This document shows, piece after piece, positions 34,492-42,997 of a stretch of 64,000 nt of DNA. The notes below the pieces were generated by a model. It was not told the origin of the DNA. It ran no database searches and saw nothing but the letters and a program-made list of their open reading frames with translations. The position numbers and the translations under genes are program-made. How positions within the stretch are numbered: position 1 is the stretch's first letter; every line of letters begins with the position of its first letter. The DNA is from a virus: the IMG/VR virus record IMGVR_UViG_3300020048_000012; one strand, written 5' to 3'.

Positions 34492-35171
34492 GATGTAAAT
34501 GTACCAATTTTTAATATTTCATATCTGCTCAAATCGAGTATTTTCATTGCTTCTTTAATACAAGAATATAATACGCCATTAATTTGCACTTTCTTAGCAG
34601 AAGGATTACCTCCTCCTGTATTTGCTTTAGATGTCCCAGGTTTTCTAATGTTCAAATTTGCTTTTCTAATTTTGCGTGCAATCTCTGTTGCTTTTTCTTT
34701 TCCAAAAAATTCTTCATTTGATACTCCAATTCTATCTTTACTATATTTGACTAATCCGTGTGTTTGACCGGATTTTCCATACATAGGATTTTTTTCACCT
34801 TTCATTTTCTCTGAATGATCAGGAAACTTTTTGCCTCGTCGAGCCGATCCGCATTTATATTTTTCTTCGTCTGTATGTGTTTTTCCAAACATGCCATTTG
34901 CTTCACCGAAAAATGTTCCACCAAGAGCTTGGTTTTTCATATTATATGACATTGGATCGCGCGCCGCGTTTAATTCTATTAGAAGCTTTTCTTCTTCTCT
35001 AAAATCATTGCCTTCATACAATATTTCGCGATCAAACGAATCAATGCCATACTTTTCCTTTGCATACTTCCAGATTAAACCAGATCCATTATAGTTTTTA
35101 TCGGCGCCATTATGACTGCCGATGTACCATTTTCCAGTTTCTTTATGCGTGTATTTGTAAACATATCCCAT
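34488..35171 (-). CDS. Seg-like GIY-YIG homing endonuclease with NUMOD3 motifs
   Basis: GYVYKY...KWYIGSH...YNGSG, FDREIL, YNMK...GG, GEANGMFGKTHTDE, KNPMYGK. Confidence 0.88.
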   Translation of the reverse strand: MGYVYKYTHKETGKWYIGSHNGADKNYNGSGLIWKYAKEKYGIDSFDREILYEGNDFREEEKLLIELNAARDPMSYNMKNQALGGTFFGEANGMFGKTHTDEEKYKCGSARRGKKFPDHSEKMKGEKNPMYGKSGQTHGLVKYSKDRIGVSNEEFFGKEKATEIARKIRKANLNIRKPGTSKANTGGGNPSAKKVQINGVLYSCIKEAMKILDLSRYEILKIGTFTS

Positions 35172-35193
35172 GACATACTCCTTATGATATAAT

Positions 35194-35201
35194 TATTTAT
35201 A
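35194..35201 (-). promoter_or_regulatory. T4-type late promoter
   Basis: TATAAATA upstream of the HEG at 35171, followed by AAGGAG. Confidence 0.7.
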
Positions 35202-35220
35202 CCCAAAGACCACATCATTA

Positions 35221-35979
35221 TCATTTAAATACACTTTCAGGAAATTTATTTTTGTATTCGTCCTTTGAGATATTATTTTCGCCAGTTTTAGCATAATGAT
35301 CAATTAAATAGAACTGTCTTTCGTATATGTGTAAAGATCCTGCGCTCCAGTAAATTGGGCCAGATGTATAATCTTTGGATCCTTCAATGAAGGCATCTTT
35401 ACGCCACGTATTAAGGCGCTTTAATAGTTCATTATGAACGAATTTAATCCATGCCAAATCATTTCTATATCCTGCCCATGCATCATTGCTTCTCATATTC
35501 ATGCACGTAATCAATTGATTATTGCGAATAAAATGTTGAGTAGAATATGTGCACATGAAGTCGCTCATACCATTTTTGTTATAGTCGACATGCATTGATG
35601 GTCGATTATAAATCATTGTGGCTCGGCGAGAAAATGGATTCGCAATCAATTCGTTTGCTGTTTGCATAAACTGATTGCCATTCTCTTCAGAGAAAACACA
35701 CCAACCATAATTGCTATTAATGAATCCATTCTTATCGGCGACTTGTTTCCAAATTGCAGGAGCACCACCAGGAATATCATTGACATTAAGACTCTTCGAC
35801 ATATACCACATCAACTCACGGCTAATGTAGTCGTAATTTGGTTCACCAAAGATCGCTTCTTCGTCAGCAATAAAGTGTGCGTCAATAATCTCGACTGTCT
35901 TAACGCCCGACTTATCGATTACAAATTCTTCGTTATTCAAGAGACGAACAAACTCTGTGCGAATATCATTGACGTTCAT
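35221..35979 (-). CDS. 42: dCMP hydroxymethylase (thymidylate synthase family, T4 gp42 type)
   Basis: NSNYGW, SRRA.MIY.RPSM, DFMCT, MRSND...G.RND.AW with Asp at the specificity position (Asn in ThyA), AGSLHIYERQF. Confidence 0.9.
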   Translation of the reverse strand: MNVNDIRTEFVRLLNNEEFVIDKSGVKTVEIIDAHFIADEEAIFGEPNYDYISRELMWYMSKSLNVNDIPGGAPAIWKQVADKNGFINSNYGWCVFSEENGNQFMQTANELIANPFSRRATMIYNRPSMHVDYNKNGMSDFMCTYSTQHFIRNNQLITCMNMRSNDAWAGYRNDLAWIKFVHNELLKRLNTWRKDAFIEGSKDYTSGPIYWSAGSLHIYERQFYLIDHYAKTGENNISKDEYKNKFPESVFK

Positions 35980-36401
35980 GACTTGACACCAACTACACCA
36001 ATTTGTTCTTGTTCACCGTGCATTTTTGGTTGAAATTTGACAGGAATGAGACTTAGATTGGTCTGACCACGACGATTGAAGATATCTTTGCCGGGTTCTT
36101 GACCATCGATATCGCCGCGAAGATATGCAACGACAAACGAAAGATAGTTGATTGCATCAAGCGCCGAATCTTCGACAGATTCAAAATTGATCTTGCCGCC
36201 GGACTCCATTGTTTCAAGAACTGAATACATACGAAGAAGCTTACCATTCACAGTATCAAGAATAGTGTATACACCGCGTGGATAATGATCTACTTGTCGA
36301 ACACGACTCAATGGGTTCTGGTAATCATCCCCCTTGCGCTGCTGAATTTCTGCCGCTTCGAGAAGGATGTTGGCTGATTCGCGTTTAAATTGTTTTGTCA
36401 T
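35976..36401 (-). CDS. nucleotide-modification-associated all-alpha protein (Nmad1-like)
   Basis: K..DY...K..R...ESVEDS.LD.INY pattern; immediately upstream of gp42. Confidence 0.5.
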   Translation of the reverse strand: MTKQFKRESANILLEAAEIQQRKGDDYQNPLSRVRQVDHYPRGVYTILDTVNGKLLRMYSVLETMESGGKINFESVEDSALDAINYLSFVVAYLRGDIDGQEPGKDIFNRRGQTNLSLIPVKFQPKMHGEQEQIGVVGVKS

Positions 36402-36991
36402 TAATTGTTTCCTTTATAAGTGCATTCTCTCATATTAATTATATCACATTGTCCGTATTTTTTTGCAATATCATGATTGAAATACGGCAGTTGTCTAGGG
36501 AATTTCGATTGCATAAAATAATTAAAAAATGTTTTTGCATTAGCAACTAAAGCAAAATCGACGATGTATGCATCACCGTATGTTTCCATATAGCCACTGA
36601 CAAAATAATCTAAAGTCGATGCATATTTTCTAAACGTTTTCATTCCATCATCTGGGTATGAAAACCATTTTGTTCCAAGTGCATGGCGTTTAACTTCAAA
36701 ATATGTGTCATCGACGCGAACATCCCATCGAAATGTTTCCGGATTATACATATCCCATTTATTTGGATTTCTTTCGCCGCCAAGAATTTTAGCTAGTGCA
36801 TACTCAATTGCAATTCTAGAACAATCATTAAATACTTGATCGTATGATCGCCTGCGAGCATTACGTCGTGGGCAAGGGTATATCGCCCTAGTCATTTGTG
36901 TGATATCGTCAAAGATTTCGTCTTTTTCAACCACTATTGTATTAGTGTTAGAAAGTATCGTAGATACTTGTTGTAATGTCAGTTTAGTCAT
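36401..36991 (-). CDS. putative PD-(D/E)xK nuclease
   Basis: IAIEYA...WDVRVDDTYFEVK pattern; first gene after an early promoter. Confidence 0.45.
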   Translation of the reverse strand: MTKLTLQQVSTILSNTNTIVVEKDEIFDDITQMTRAIYPCPRRNARRRSYDQVFNDCSRIAIEYALAKILGGERNPNKWDMYNPETFRWDVRVDDTYFEVKRHALGTKWFSYPDDGMKTFRKYASTLDYFVSGYMETYGDAYIVDFALVANAKTFFNYFMQSKFPRQLPYFNHDIAKKYGQCDIINMRECTYKGNN

Positions 36992-36996
36992 AATTT

Positions 36997-37025
36997 ATTA
37001 TATCAAATCGACGAATTAAAGTACA
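36997..37025 (-). promoter_or_regulatory. early promoter of the DNA-modification operon
   Basis: TGTACT-17-TATAAT. Confidence 0.78.
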
Positions 37026-37026
37026 A

Positions 37027-37989
37027 TTAAATATTTTTATAAGCAAATTCAATTGCGCGTGAAGCTTCTACGTTAAGCGGTCTTCGTGCGTATCTATTTG
37101 AAGTTGCTCGATCTAGGCCGCGCACGATATCCACAATTTCGTATTCAGTAATTGGATAATGCTTTTTAACTGCATTACATGCAATTGATGTCATTATTTT
37201 ATAAAACATACTATAACGACCCGAGCCGTCTGTTCTTGATATCGCAGTATAGTCACTCACAAGAGATTGATTGACAAATGGACAGTCTTTATAAGAAGTC
37301 CATGACAAGTTGCTTGTATTTTCTTGCAATTTAGCTTTGCGATGAGCTAGTACTTCTTTTTGCAATGACTCTGGCAATCTATCGAAAAAGTTATCCGAAC
37401 TAACGGGCGCAGTCCATGGATGTTTTTCCATCAATAATGAAGGATCAATATGTACACCAATATTACTGAAGATAAAATTAAAAGCACCAGGGTATTGCGC
37501 AGGGACGTAATACATTCTACTGAGGTCTTTAGTTTGCAAATCTCCCATGCATCCAAATTCAGTGTTGAGCGCGTACCAGAAATGTTTGATTTCATCCGAT
37601 CTAACAGTTCTTGTAAGTGGGAACACGAGCCTAAACTTTGGCCGTGAAGCAGTGCTGCTCGCACTGCTATAGCAAATGTAATACCAATTACCAAACCTAG
37701 AATGAAGCTCATCTTTAAGATCCCCTTTAAATACGTGATTATCAACATCCAACGCCGCCCAACCACCCCAGTTGATCACATTCGCATTTGAGCGAGTTGA
37801 ATCTGGCTTATATGTCGCAGGCGAAATAAGAGGTGAAGCGTTTTTACTCGATTCACCTCTCTTTGGCTTATAACCAGGAATGGTCGCAAGATGATATAAC
37901 GATTTTTCAAACTGAGTGAACGTGTCGAACTCGACTTTCACATCAGTCTTATTATCAAAAATACTTGAAAAAACCGTCAATTCATACAT
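37027..37989 (-). CDS. archaeo-eukaryotic primase (AEP)-like protein
   Basis: LISPA, ALDVD, YSSASS...PKFRLVFPL, KDLSRMYYVP; C-terminal helical PriCT-like region. Confidence 0.7.
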   Translation of the reverse strand: MYELTVFSSIFDNKTDVKVEFDTFTQFEKSLYHLATIPGYKPKRGESSKNASPLISPATYKPDSTRSNANVINWGGWAALDVDNHVFKGDLKDELHSRFGNWYYICYSSASSTASRPKFRLVFPLTRTVRSDEIKHFWYALNTEFGCMGDLQTKDLSRMYYVPAQYPGAFNFIFSNIGVHIDPSLLMEKHPWTAPVSSDNFFDRLPESLQKEVLAHRKAKLQENTSNLSWTSYKDCPFVNQSLVSDYTAISRTDGSGRYSMFYKIMTSIACNAVKKHYPITEYEIVDIVRGLDRATSNRYARRPLNVEASRAIEFAYKNI

Positions 37990-37991
37990 GA

Positions 37992-39017
37992 TTATTTTAA
38001 AGCCTGCGTTAGAAGTCCATGATTATCTGAGTGTGATGGTGGAATCCAATCTGGATTCTTAATTAAATCTGGAAGTTTCCATGGATTTGGTCGACTTGCT
38101 TTTACACCAACTTCTTTATTCATATTTGCTTTAAGTACTTCATACCAAGCTTTCTTAAAATCTACTTGATAAAGATCTAGTGTACCAATTGCGACGACAA
38201 TTAAATCGATTAGTGCGTCGCATACTTCTTCAGGATCTTTTGCGTCAATTGCAGCAACGCCTTCATTTAGTTCTTCTTGTAGGAATCTAAATCTAAATTT
38301 AAGATATTCTTCCAAATGTTCTTTTGGAAGCTTAGCCATAGCTTCGTGAATCCCATAAAAATCATGCATCATACGAATATCATCTGAGATAATTGGTGTT
38401 TTACTAAACGTTTTGCTTAGTGCGCTCCAACGATTTTTAGATTTTTGTTTATTTGATTTAGATCCCATCATTACTCCGTTCATTTTAATGTTACTGACAA
38501 GTTTATTTCTACCAATCGACGAAAGATTAAGCGGTTTGCCACGCTTAGCCATTGACATTTTTGTTTTAGCCACATCTGTATGATGCTTTCCATACATTGG
38601 ATTGTGTATTCCAATTTTATCATATTTGCCTATATTCGTGTTATCTCTTTTATAGAATGCGGCGATATATTTCTTTCTTTTATCAGAATTTAACCATGCT
38701 TCTTTTGTTTTTGTTGATATAATCTTTCTAGTTTCTATTCCATGAGAACCGTCATATCCACCATGACGCAAATTATAAAAATCTTTAGAATTTGTCGCAT
38801 CATAGTATTCGATGTAGCGCTTCTCCATTTCAGATGCTTCTTCTATATTTCCTTCAAATAAATCGTGCCGTATGAAAAAGCATTTTCCATATTTCTTTAA
38901 TGCTCTTGTTATGATTTTTCCAGAACCGACATACCCACTATCAATTGATTTACTAGTCACGCCGATGTAGCACTTATAATTTATCATATTAAGTGTAATA
39001 TAGACGTAATATGTCAT
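37992..39017 (-). CDS. fusion: Seg-like GIY-YIG endonuclease (N) + MazG-like NTP pyrophosphohydrolase (C)
   Basis: N: YVY...CYIGV...YVGSG...YNL..GG, NPMYGKHHTD. C: FLQEELNE...EEVCDALIDL..VA.GT...V.KANM.K. One uninterrupted frame; AAGGA RBS before MTYYV. Confidence 0.82.
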   Translation of the reverse strand: MTYYVYITLNMINYKCYIGVTSKSIDSGYVGSGKIITRALKKYGKCFFIRHDLFEGNIEEASEMEKRYIEYYDATNSKDFYNLRHGGYDGSHGIETRKIISTKTKEAWLNSDKRKKYIAAFYKRDNTNIGKYDKIGIHNPMYGKHHTDVAKTKMSMAKRGKPLNLSSIGRNKLVSNIKMNGVMMGSKSNKQKSKNRWSALSKTFSKTPIISDDIRMMHDFYGIHEAMAKLPKEHLEEYLKFRFRFLQEELNEGVAAIDAKDPEEVCDALIDLIVVAIGTLDLYQVDFKKAWYEVLKANMNKEVGVKASRPNPWKLPDLIKNPDWIPPSHSDNHGLLTQALK

Positions 39018-39027
39018 ATTATTTTCC

Positions 39028-40428
39028 TTAAAATTTAAAATCATTCATTCCTTCGCCCGATTGTTTCATCCTCTTTCCAAAAGATGATTTATCGAACATC
39101 GGCCCATCGTCTTTAGCAACTTGTCCTGTGTCGCTAATATTCTTTTGAGCGGATTCTTCTACATCATATAGTTTCATTCTCGCTCGATCAATCCCAATTA
39201 CGAATCGTTTATAATATCCCGGATCATTGTAACGATTCTTAAGTTGCTTAACCATAATTTGATTAAGATTTTCAAGTTCTTCAGTGGAGATCAATGCAAA
39301 CATCAAGTCGCATGTCTGAGGAAGACCGATACTTTCGCTCGTGTTTGTCATATCAATATCACTATTGCCCATACCTGAACGAGTTGTCTGTGTAGCGCTA
39401 AGCAGTGGGACATCATATTCTTGTGCTAAACCACGAAGTTCTTCTGCAATAGACTTAACGATTGTATATGAATTTGCAGTTGAATTTTTAACTCGTGATG
39501 ATGCACAAATATTCAAATAGTCGACAATAATAATGTCAGGTGCAAAGTCTTTCTTAATCTTCAGTTCATCTAATAGCGATTTAAAATGACCTGCATGCCC
39601 ACAAGCAGTGGGATATTCTTTAATGACTAATTTGCCTGAAGTCTTTTTAATAAGCTTATTGATCTTAGTTTCATAGATGTCTTTACTTACATTCCCAAGT
39701 TCATCCATCGTAAGATTCAACAGATTTGCATCGATACGTTCAGCGATACGCTGTTCTGACATTTCTAACGTAATGTACAAAACATTTTTATTTTGCATTA
39801 GAGTGGATGCAGCCACGTGGCACATAAACAAACTCTTACCGACGCCAGTAGATGCCAATGCAACAGTCAATGTTTTCTTTGCAATACCGCCTTTGGTAAT
39901 CTTATTAAAGATATCGAGATCGAATTCTACTTTCTCTTCAACTCTATGGTAAAAATCAAATCGCTCTGCAGAATCATCAAGATAATCATGACCTACGCTT
40001 GTATCGAAACACACACTCAATGCTTCGGACATCATTGATGGAATTGCTTCTTCTGTATGAACTTTGTCCTTACCTTCAATGATATCGAATGCATCAAGAA
40101 TAGCATTGGTGATTGCGCGTTGTTTGCACCATTTCTCTACATTTTCAAGTAACCACTTTTCGTTGTCAGTCTTAAACGTCAAATCATTAATATATTTTTC
40201 AATACCAGAAACTTGATCACTATTCAATTTACGCTGGGACAATTGAATAGCGAGAATATCTAACGAAGCAGGTTTATTATACGTGTTGAAAAATGTTAGA
40301 AGTTCTTCAGCGATGACACGCTCATAATGATCTTGAAAATACTCGTTCTTTAAGAATGGAACCACCTTACGACAAAATTCTTCATTGTGGATCAAGTTTG
40401 AAAGGATAGTCTTCTCTATTTTGCTCAT
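39028..40428 (-). CDS. 41: replicative DNA helicase gp41
   Basis: Walker A ASTGVGKS, YITLEMSE, IKEYPT, IVDYLNIC, SATQTTR, QLKNRY. Confidence 0.97.
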   Translation of the reverse strand: MSKIEKTILSNLIHNEEFCRKVVPFLKNEYFQDHYERVIAEELLTFFNTYNKPASLDILAIQLSQRKLNSDQVSGIEKYINDLTFKTDNEKWLLENVEKWCKQRAITNAILDAFDIIEGKDKVHTEEAIPSMMSEALSVCFDTSVGHDYLDDSAERFDFYHRVEEKVEFDLDIFNKITKGGIAKKTLTVALASTGVGKSLFMCHVAASTLMQNKNVLYITLEMSEQRIAERIDANLLNLTMDELGNVSKDIYETKINKLIKKTSGKLVIKEYPTACGHAGHFKSLLDELKIKKDFAPDIIIVDYLNICASSRVKNSTANSYTIVKSIAEELRGLAQEYDVPLLSATQTTRSGMGNSDIDMTNTSESIGLPQTCDLMFALISTEELENLNQIMVKQLKNRYNDPGYYKRFVIGIDRARMKLYDVEESAQKNISDTGQVAKDDGPMFDKSSFGKRMKQSGEGMNDFKF

Positions 40429-40444
40429 CGATAACCTTAAAATA

Positions 40445-40452
40445 TATAAATA
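40445..40452 (+). promoter_or_regulatory. T4-type late promoter (probably for the HEG at 40552)
   Basis: TATAAATA on the plus strand, 44 nt before the leader hairpin. Confidence 0.55.
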
Positions 40453-40454
40453 CT

Positions 40455-40483
40455 ATTATAACACATTTATTTGTTTTATAACA
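40455..40483 (-). promoter_or_regulatory. possible early/middle promoter for gene 41
   Basis: TGTTAT-17-TATAAT. Confidence 0.5.
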
Positions 40484-40496
40484 TCTAATTAAAAAT

Positions 40497-40526
40497 GCCC
40501 ATCGCGATACGGGAATATCCATGGGC
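40497..40526 (+). other. conserved homing-endonuclease leader hairpin, copy 3
   Basis: G-CCCAT-CGC-GATA-cgggaa-TATC-C-ATGGG-C then TCTAAC. Confidence 0.72.
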
Positions 40527-40551
40527 TCTAACACTATTAGCGAGTATCAGC

Positions 40552-41304
40552 ATGAATATCTATACATCGGAAAAAGTTCTGCCATATGTTTACATGTGCG
40601 TCAATAGGCATACAAATAAAGTATACATTGGATCAAGGACAACAAAGTATCAAAAAGATCCATCTCATATCGATATACAAAAATATAAGACATCATCGTC
40701 TATTGTCAGACCGGATTTTAGCAATTTCGATTGGATCATCATTGCAGAATTTTTCGATAAAAATGACGCATACGATTTTGAACAACAATTAATTTTTGAA
40801 CAATGGCAGACGTCTAAAGAGCATTCATTGAATAAAGTGCACTATTTCAATAAGAAAAGATGCAACAATTTTGACGCAGAATCAAGAAGAAAAATATCAC
40901 ATGCTTTGATGCATCGCCCAGTAAGTGAATATACTAGAAGAAAAATATCTAACTCCAATATTGGAAAACATAACATACACCATACGTCTGAAGTTAAACT
41001 GAAAATATCAATTGCATCTAAGAATAGACCGCAAATATCAGAAGAGACACGAAACAAAATTTCTTCTTCAGCTAAAAACAGAAGGACTACGAATTATAGA
41101 AAACAAGGCGAATTTGAGCACTCTTCTAATGCTAAGGGAAAGATAGCGAATGCAATTAGCATAAAAGCGAATAGAGATTCAGTCAAAAGAATAATCGAAT
41201 TGAACGGATATCGCGCTAATCGAAAAATAGAACTGCAAAAGGGTTGGTGGCAAAAATCAGAAGAATATCTTTTAGACTTATACAACCAACTACTTTTGTT
41301 ATAA
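40552..41304 (+). CDS. Seg-like GIY-YIG homing endonuclease with NUMOD3-like repeats
   Basis: PYVY..VNRHT.KVYIGSR...Y.TSS...IIAEF...A..FEQ...LN; SEYTRRKIS and SEETRNKIS repeats; start moved to MNIYTSE. Confidence 0.85.
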   Translation: MNIYTSEKVLPYVYMCVNRHTNKVYIGSRTTKYQKDPSHIDIQKYKTSSSIVRPDFSNFDWIIIAEFFDKNDAYDFEQQLIFEQWQTSKEHSLNKVHYFNKKRCNNFDAESRRKISHALMHRPVSEYTRRKISNSNIGKHNIHHTSEVKLKISIASKNRPQISEETRNKISSSAKNRRTTNYRKQGEFEHSSNAKGKIANAISIKANRDSVKRIIELNGYRANRKIELQKGWWQKSEEYLLDLYNQLLLL

Positions 41305-41309
41305 AGTGT

Positions 41310-41615
41310 TTAGACCATTCCCATGCAATCTTTTTCAAGACCGTAGTATAAAAGTTCAACTATAAAGTCGCCAAGCTCTTGCTCGAACCCTTCTTTATTA
41401 TAACCAATTTGCGAATAAGGGTTTTCGTGAATTAGGTACTCAAAAGATATCTTAAGTTTATCTTCGTTGTCGACTGCTTCTTCTTTAAAGCTAACAGAAG
41501 TGTATGAAAAGATAATACCTGCGTATGGTCCTTCAGTGAGAACCAACGCATGAGTATCACCATCAAGCCCAGCTTGTCCTAAGACTTTATGAGGTCGTAA
41601 TGGTGTCGTTTTCAT
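41310..41615 (-). CDS. 40: head vertex assembly chaperone gp40
   Basis: L.EGPYAGIIF.Y..V.F...LKISFEY...F...GD...EL; located between uvsX and 41 as in T4. Confidence 0.7.
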   Translation of the reverse strand: MKTTPLRPHKVLGQAGLDGDTHALVLTEGPYAGIIFSYTSVSFKEEAVDNEDKLKISFEYLIHENPYSQIGYNKEGFEQELGDFIVELLYYGLEKDCMGMV

Positions 41616-41616
41616 A

Positions 41617-42684
41617 TCAATCCTCTAGTGCTGCTTCAAATTCGGCGACAAGAGCGTCATCTTTAATCATTTCGCCATGAGACACTTGATATCGTTCTTT
41701 GATCCAATCTCTGAATGTAGAATCCATTAAGATTGAACCCCAGAACTCTTTACTATCGGTGTCCTTGATACGCCATTTCTTTGCGTCGACTTCGCCAGTC
41801 GTTGGATCTACTTTCGAATACCAACCATTGCTTGGCTTGACAACGTGTTTAGATTCAAGTGCCATATCAAGCAAACCAGACCACTTACTTAGACCGCCTT
41901 CATACTTAACGCAAATTGGAATCTTCGATTTTTCGCGAACATAACGAGACTTCTCAACATTAATAATGAAGTTATATCCAATAACATCAGTGCCATCTTT
42001 TTCCTGTTGACGGCCAATGATAAAGATATTATCAGACGATAGATAAATGCCTGTACCGCCACTGACGATTGCCTTTGGATACAATCCTTGTTCCATATAG
42101 ATGTGATTAACTGCAACCATTGGGATATCAAGGCGATTCAGATATGGCGTGATCATGCGGAAGATAGACTTCATCTGCTTAGCGCGACTCATATCTTGTA
42201 CAGACTTACCTTCAATTGCATCTTCCATTTCTTTCTTGGACGACATATTACCGAGTGAGTCTACAACAAATATGACACGATCGCCACGCTCAAGATTTTC
42301 GAGTTGTTTGATGCAATCAAACTTGAATTCTTCCATGTTCATAACAGGAACGTGTAGAATGCGAGATGTATCCATTTGCAATGAAGTGAAGTATGCAGTG
42401 GGGGTGCCAAATTCGCAATCGTAAAATACCATGACTGCGTCAGGATATTTGTCCATATAAGATTTAGCCATGATCAAAGAGAACATAGACTTAAAGTGTT
42501 TAGAAGGACCACACCACAACGTAAGACCTGGAACAAACCCACCGTCTAGTTCACCCGATAACGCAACGTTCATTGCAGGAATCGCAGTCTGAATCATATC
42601 TTTCTTATGAAAGTATTTTGACGCAGACACAAGAGCTGTATCTTTGATTGTGCTGTTCTTTTTGATTTTTTCTAATAGACTCAT
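41617..42684 (-). CDS. uvsX: RecA-like recombinase UvsX
   Basis: NVALSG, GPSKHFKS, YDCEFG, VVDSLGN, DMSRAK, VNH.Y, VSGGTG, KSRYVREK. Confidence 0.97.
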   Translation of the reverse strand: MSLLEKIKKNSTIKDTALVSASKYFHKKDMIQTAIPAMNVALSGELDGGFVPGLTLWCGPSKHFKSMFSLIMAKSYMDKYPDAVMVFYDCEFGTPTAYFTSLQMDTSRILHVPVMNMEEFKFDCIKQLENLERGDRVIFVVDSLGNMSSKKEMEDAIEGKSVQDMSRAKQMKSIFRMITPYLNRLDIPMVAVNHIYMEQGLYPKAIVSGGTGIYLSSDNIFIIGRQQEKDGTDVIGYNFIINVEKSRYVREKSKIPICVKYEGGLSKWSGLLDMALESKHVVKPSNGWYSKVDPTTGEVDAKKWRIKDTDSKEFWGSILMDSTFRDWIKERYQVSHGEMIKDDALVAEFEAALED

Positions 42685-42693
42685 GTAATATCC

Positions 42694-42942
42694 TTATTCT
42701 GCATTAATGAATTTGCTGAACTGCACTTCAGTCATAGAACCCGACTGCCGACGAATTTCGACTCCTGTATCGTCCAACAGAACACATGTTGGCACGCCAC
42801 GAATTGCATATTCAATTGCCAAATCTCTATTAGCCTCAATGTCAATAGGAGTGACCTCTACACTGAGCTCCATGTCTTCTAATACGCGACTAAGCATTTT
42901 GCATGGACCGCACCACGATGCTTCAAATTTAAGTACTTTCAT
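42694..42942 (-). CDS. thioredoxin
   Basis: WCGPC active site, cis-Pro GVPT; start moved to MKVLKF. Confidence 0.88.
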   Translation of the reverse strand: MKVLKFEASWCGPCKMLSRVLEDMELSVEVTPIDIEANRDLAIEYAIRGVPTCVLLDDTGVEIRRQSGSMTEVQFSKFINAE

Positions 42943-42997
42943 AAATATCCTTTTCAGTTTAAATTTAATTATATCACGATATCGATTTACGTATAAA

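Noticed and set aside
35221-35979. Ordinary thymidylate synthase (td) or dUMP hydroxymethylase call
   Set aside because: The RND motif has Asp at the pyrimidine-specificity position as in T4 gp42, alpha-gt is nearby, and ThyX supplies dTMP.
40495-40551. Upstream ATG for the third plus-strand HEG
   Set aside because: The extension MPIAIREYPW... runs through the conserved hairpin; the GIY-YIG domain and the spacing in the other two copies favour ATG 40552.
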